From Pirellulales bacterium (lineage in GTDB: Bacteria; Planctomycetota; Planctomycetia; Pirellulales; JAICIG01): a stretch of DNA of 64,000 nt. The stretch is from positions 152,734 through 216,733 of the forward strand of contig JBBDYJ010000041.1 in assembly GCA_040901675.1 (NCBI GenBank). Direction: 5' to 3'. Made by a program: the position numbers and the translations under genes. Shown piece after piece: positions 62,528 to 64,000 of this stretch; positions within the stretch are counted from its first letter, which is position 1, and every line of letters begins with the position of its first letter. The notes under the pieces are model-generated. The model did not search any database. It saw only the letters and a list, made by a program, of their open reading frames with translations, and was not told where the DNA came from.

Positions 62528-64000
62528 ATGCAGCGTCTCGGTACTTACGTCCACCAGGCAGGGGCCGCCGTCGCGGCGACGCTCCTGACGCTGGTGCCTG
62601 GCCCGCTGGCCGCCGACGAAGGGCCGGTCGACGGCAGCGCGGCCGGCGTCACCGTCGAGATCGTCGAAAATGTTCCAGACCAACCGTCGTGGGACTTTGA
62701 GATCCCTGAGGCCGTCGACCGGTACGAGCTGCCGGCGTTCGGCCTGGTCTCGCTGCCGAAAAAATATACCGACCGCGGGCTGCTCGCCGAGAGGAGCAAC
62801 CCGTTTATCGTCTCCGCAACGGCAAAGCTGGCACTGCCGGCCGGCGAGTACCGGCTGATTCTGCGGTCGAAGAACGCGGCCCGGCTGCTCGTCGATGGAA
62901 AACCGGTCGCCGAAACGCAATTCCTCAGCCCGAATGCGTCCGGGCACGAACATGTGCCGGAGCGGACCGCCGCCGCTGATCCCCGAACGCCTGCCCTGCT
63001 GCCTGGACACCAGGAACAAATCGCGGCACTGACGCTGGACGGCGATCCGCACGACTTTCGGCTCTTGGCCTTCGTCGGTGGCAAGCGACTGCGGCCCGAA
63101 ATCGGCGAGGTTTGGGTGGCCGTGGCGCAGGGCGACCAGCCTCCGGAATTGCTCAGCCCCGCAACGACCACGATTCCGCTGACCGACGCCTCGTGGGCAA
63201 GCTACGCCGCGGATTGTCAGCGGCAGCAGGCACAGCGCGATCGCCAGGCCCGTCAGGCCGCCGGCGCGCATGAGGCGGATTACTGGGCCGCCAGGCACGA
63301 CATCGCCCGCCGCGAGTGGAGCGATCGGCCGGCTGTGCCAGTTCCCGAAGTCAAGCGGCTGGATGCAGCGTTCAACGACATCGACCGGTTCATCAATGCC
63401 CGCCTGGAGGCCGCCGGTATCATCCCGGAAACGCTGTGCGACGATCTGGCGTTTCTCCGCCGCGTGACGCTGGACACCGCCGGCGTGGTTCCATCGCGAG
63501 CGGAGATCGAAGCGTTCCTGGCCGATCAATCGCCCAACCGGCGGTCGTCGGTCATCGATCGGCTGTTGGCCGATCCGCGCTGGGCCGACCACTGGGTCGG
63601 CTACTGGCAGGATGTGCTGGCCGAGAATCCGGGCATCTTGAAGCCGACGCTCAACAACACGGGGCCCTTCCGCTGGTGGATCCACGAATCGTTTTCGGAC
63701 AACAAGCCGTTCGACCGCTTCGCCACCGAGCTGGTGCGGATGGACGGCGGCACGTGGAGCGGCGGGCCCGCCGGCTTTGCCATGGCCACGCAGAACGACG
63801 CCCCCATGGCGTCCAAGGCGCACGTCATTGCCAAGGCCTTCCTGGGGCTGGAAATGCAGTGTGCCCGTTGTCACGATGCGCCGTTCCAGCCCTTCAAGCA
63901 GCACGAGCTGTTCAGCGTGGCGGCCATGCTGGCCAGAGAACCACAGCAGGTTCCGCCGACCAGCACCGTGATCGCCTCCGAGCGGGCCCGCCGCCCCCTG
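62528..64000 (+). CDS. DUF1549/DUF1553 planctomycete cytochrome-domain protein (runs off the window)
   Basis: Hand-translated: IDRFINARL, FLRRVTLD, IDRLLADPRWADHW, NKPFDRF, QCARCHD. Confidence 0.88.
   Translation, partial: MQRLGTYVHQAGAAVAATLLTLVPGPLAADEGPVDGSAAGVTVEIVENVPDQPSWDFEIPEAVDRYELPAFGLVSLPKKYTDRGLLAERSNPFIVSATAKLALPAGEYRLILRSKNAARLLVDGKPVAETQFLSPNASGHEHVPERTAAADPRTPALLPGHQEQIAALTLDGDPHDFRLLAFVGGKRLRPEIGEVWVAVAQGDQPPELLSPATTTIPLTDASWASYAADCQRQQAQRDRQARQAAGAHEADYWAARHDIARREWSDRPAVPVPEVKRLDAAFNDIDRFINARLEAAGIIPETLCDDLAFLRRVTLDTAGVVPSRAEIEAFLADQSPNRRSSVIDRLLADPRWADHWVGYWQDVLAENPGILKPTLNNTGPFRWWIHESFSDNKPFDRFATELVRMDGGTWSGGPAGFAMATQNDAPMASKAHVIAKAFLGLEMQCARCHDAPFQPFKQHELFSVAAMLAREPQQVPPTSTVIASERARRPL

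Overview
GC-rich bacterial chromosome segment, very probably from a planctomycete (DUF1549/DUF1559, PVC-type haem-binding, sulfatase, WD40, LRR and ASPIC-UnbV genes). Housekeeping genes (leuC, leuD, rfbB, rfbA, ettA, metF, tRNA-Leu(CAA)) are interleaved with accessory DNA. Highlights: (1) a PvuII-like restriction-modification locus (m4C methyltransferase, controller protein, C-box) whose nuclease slot holds a 489-aa PD-(D/E)XK plus HEAT-like protein, with no CAGCTG site found by eye in the 64 kb; (2) a putative ADP-ribosyltransferase toxin/partner pair wedged between leuC and leuD; (3) a 7.4-kb integrase-less island in tRNA-Leu (54-bp att repeats) with prophage remnants, a lambda-like cos site and cargo genes; (4) two GGTAGTG-ended, 8-bp-TSD mini-elements carrying passenger genes, one with no transposase; (5) an ACP plus FGE-sulfatase fusion, several small toxin-antitoxin-like modules, REP and heptamer repeats, and recurring leaderless-type promoters. 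Family calls are from motif recognition by eye; no database search was run, and start codons are best estimates.
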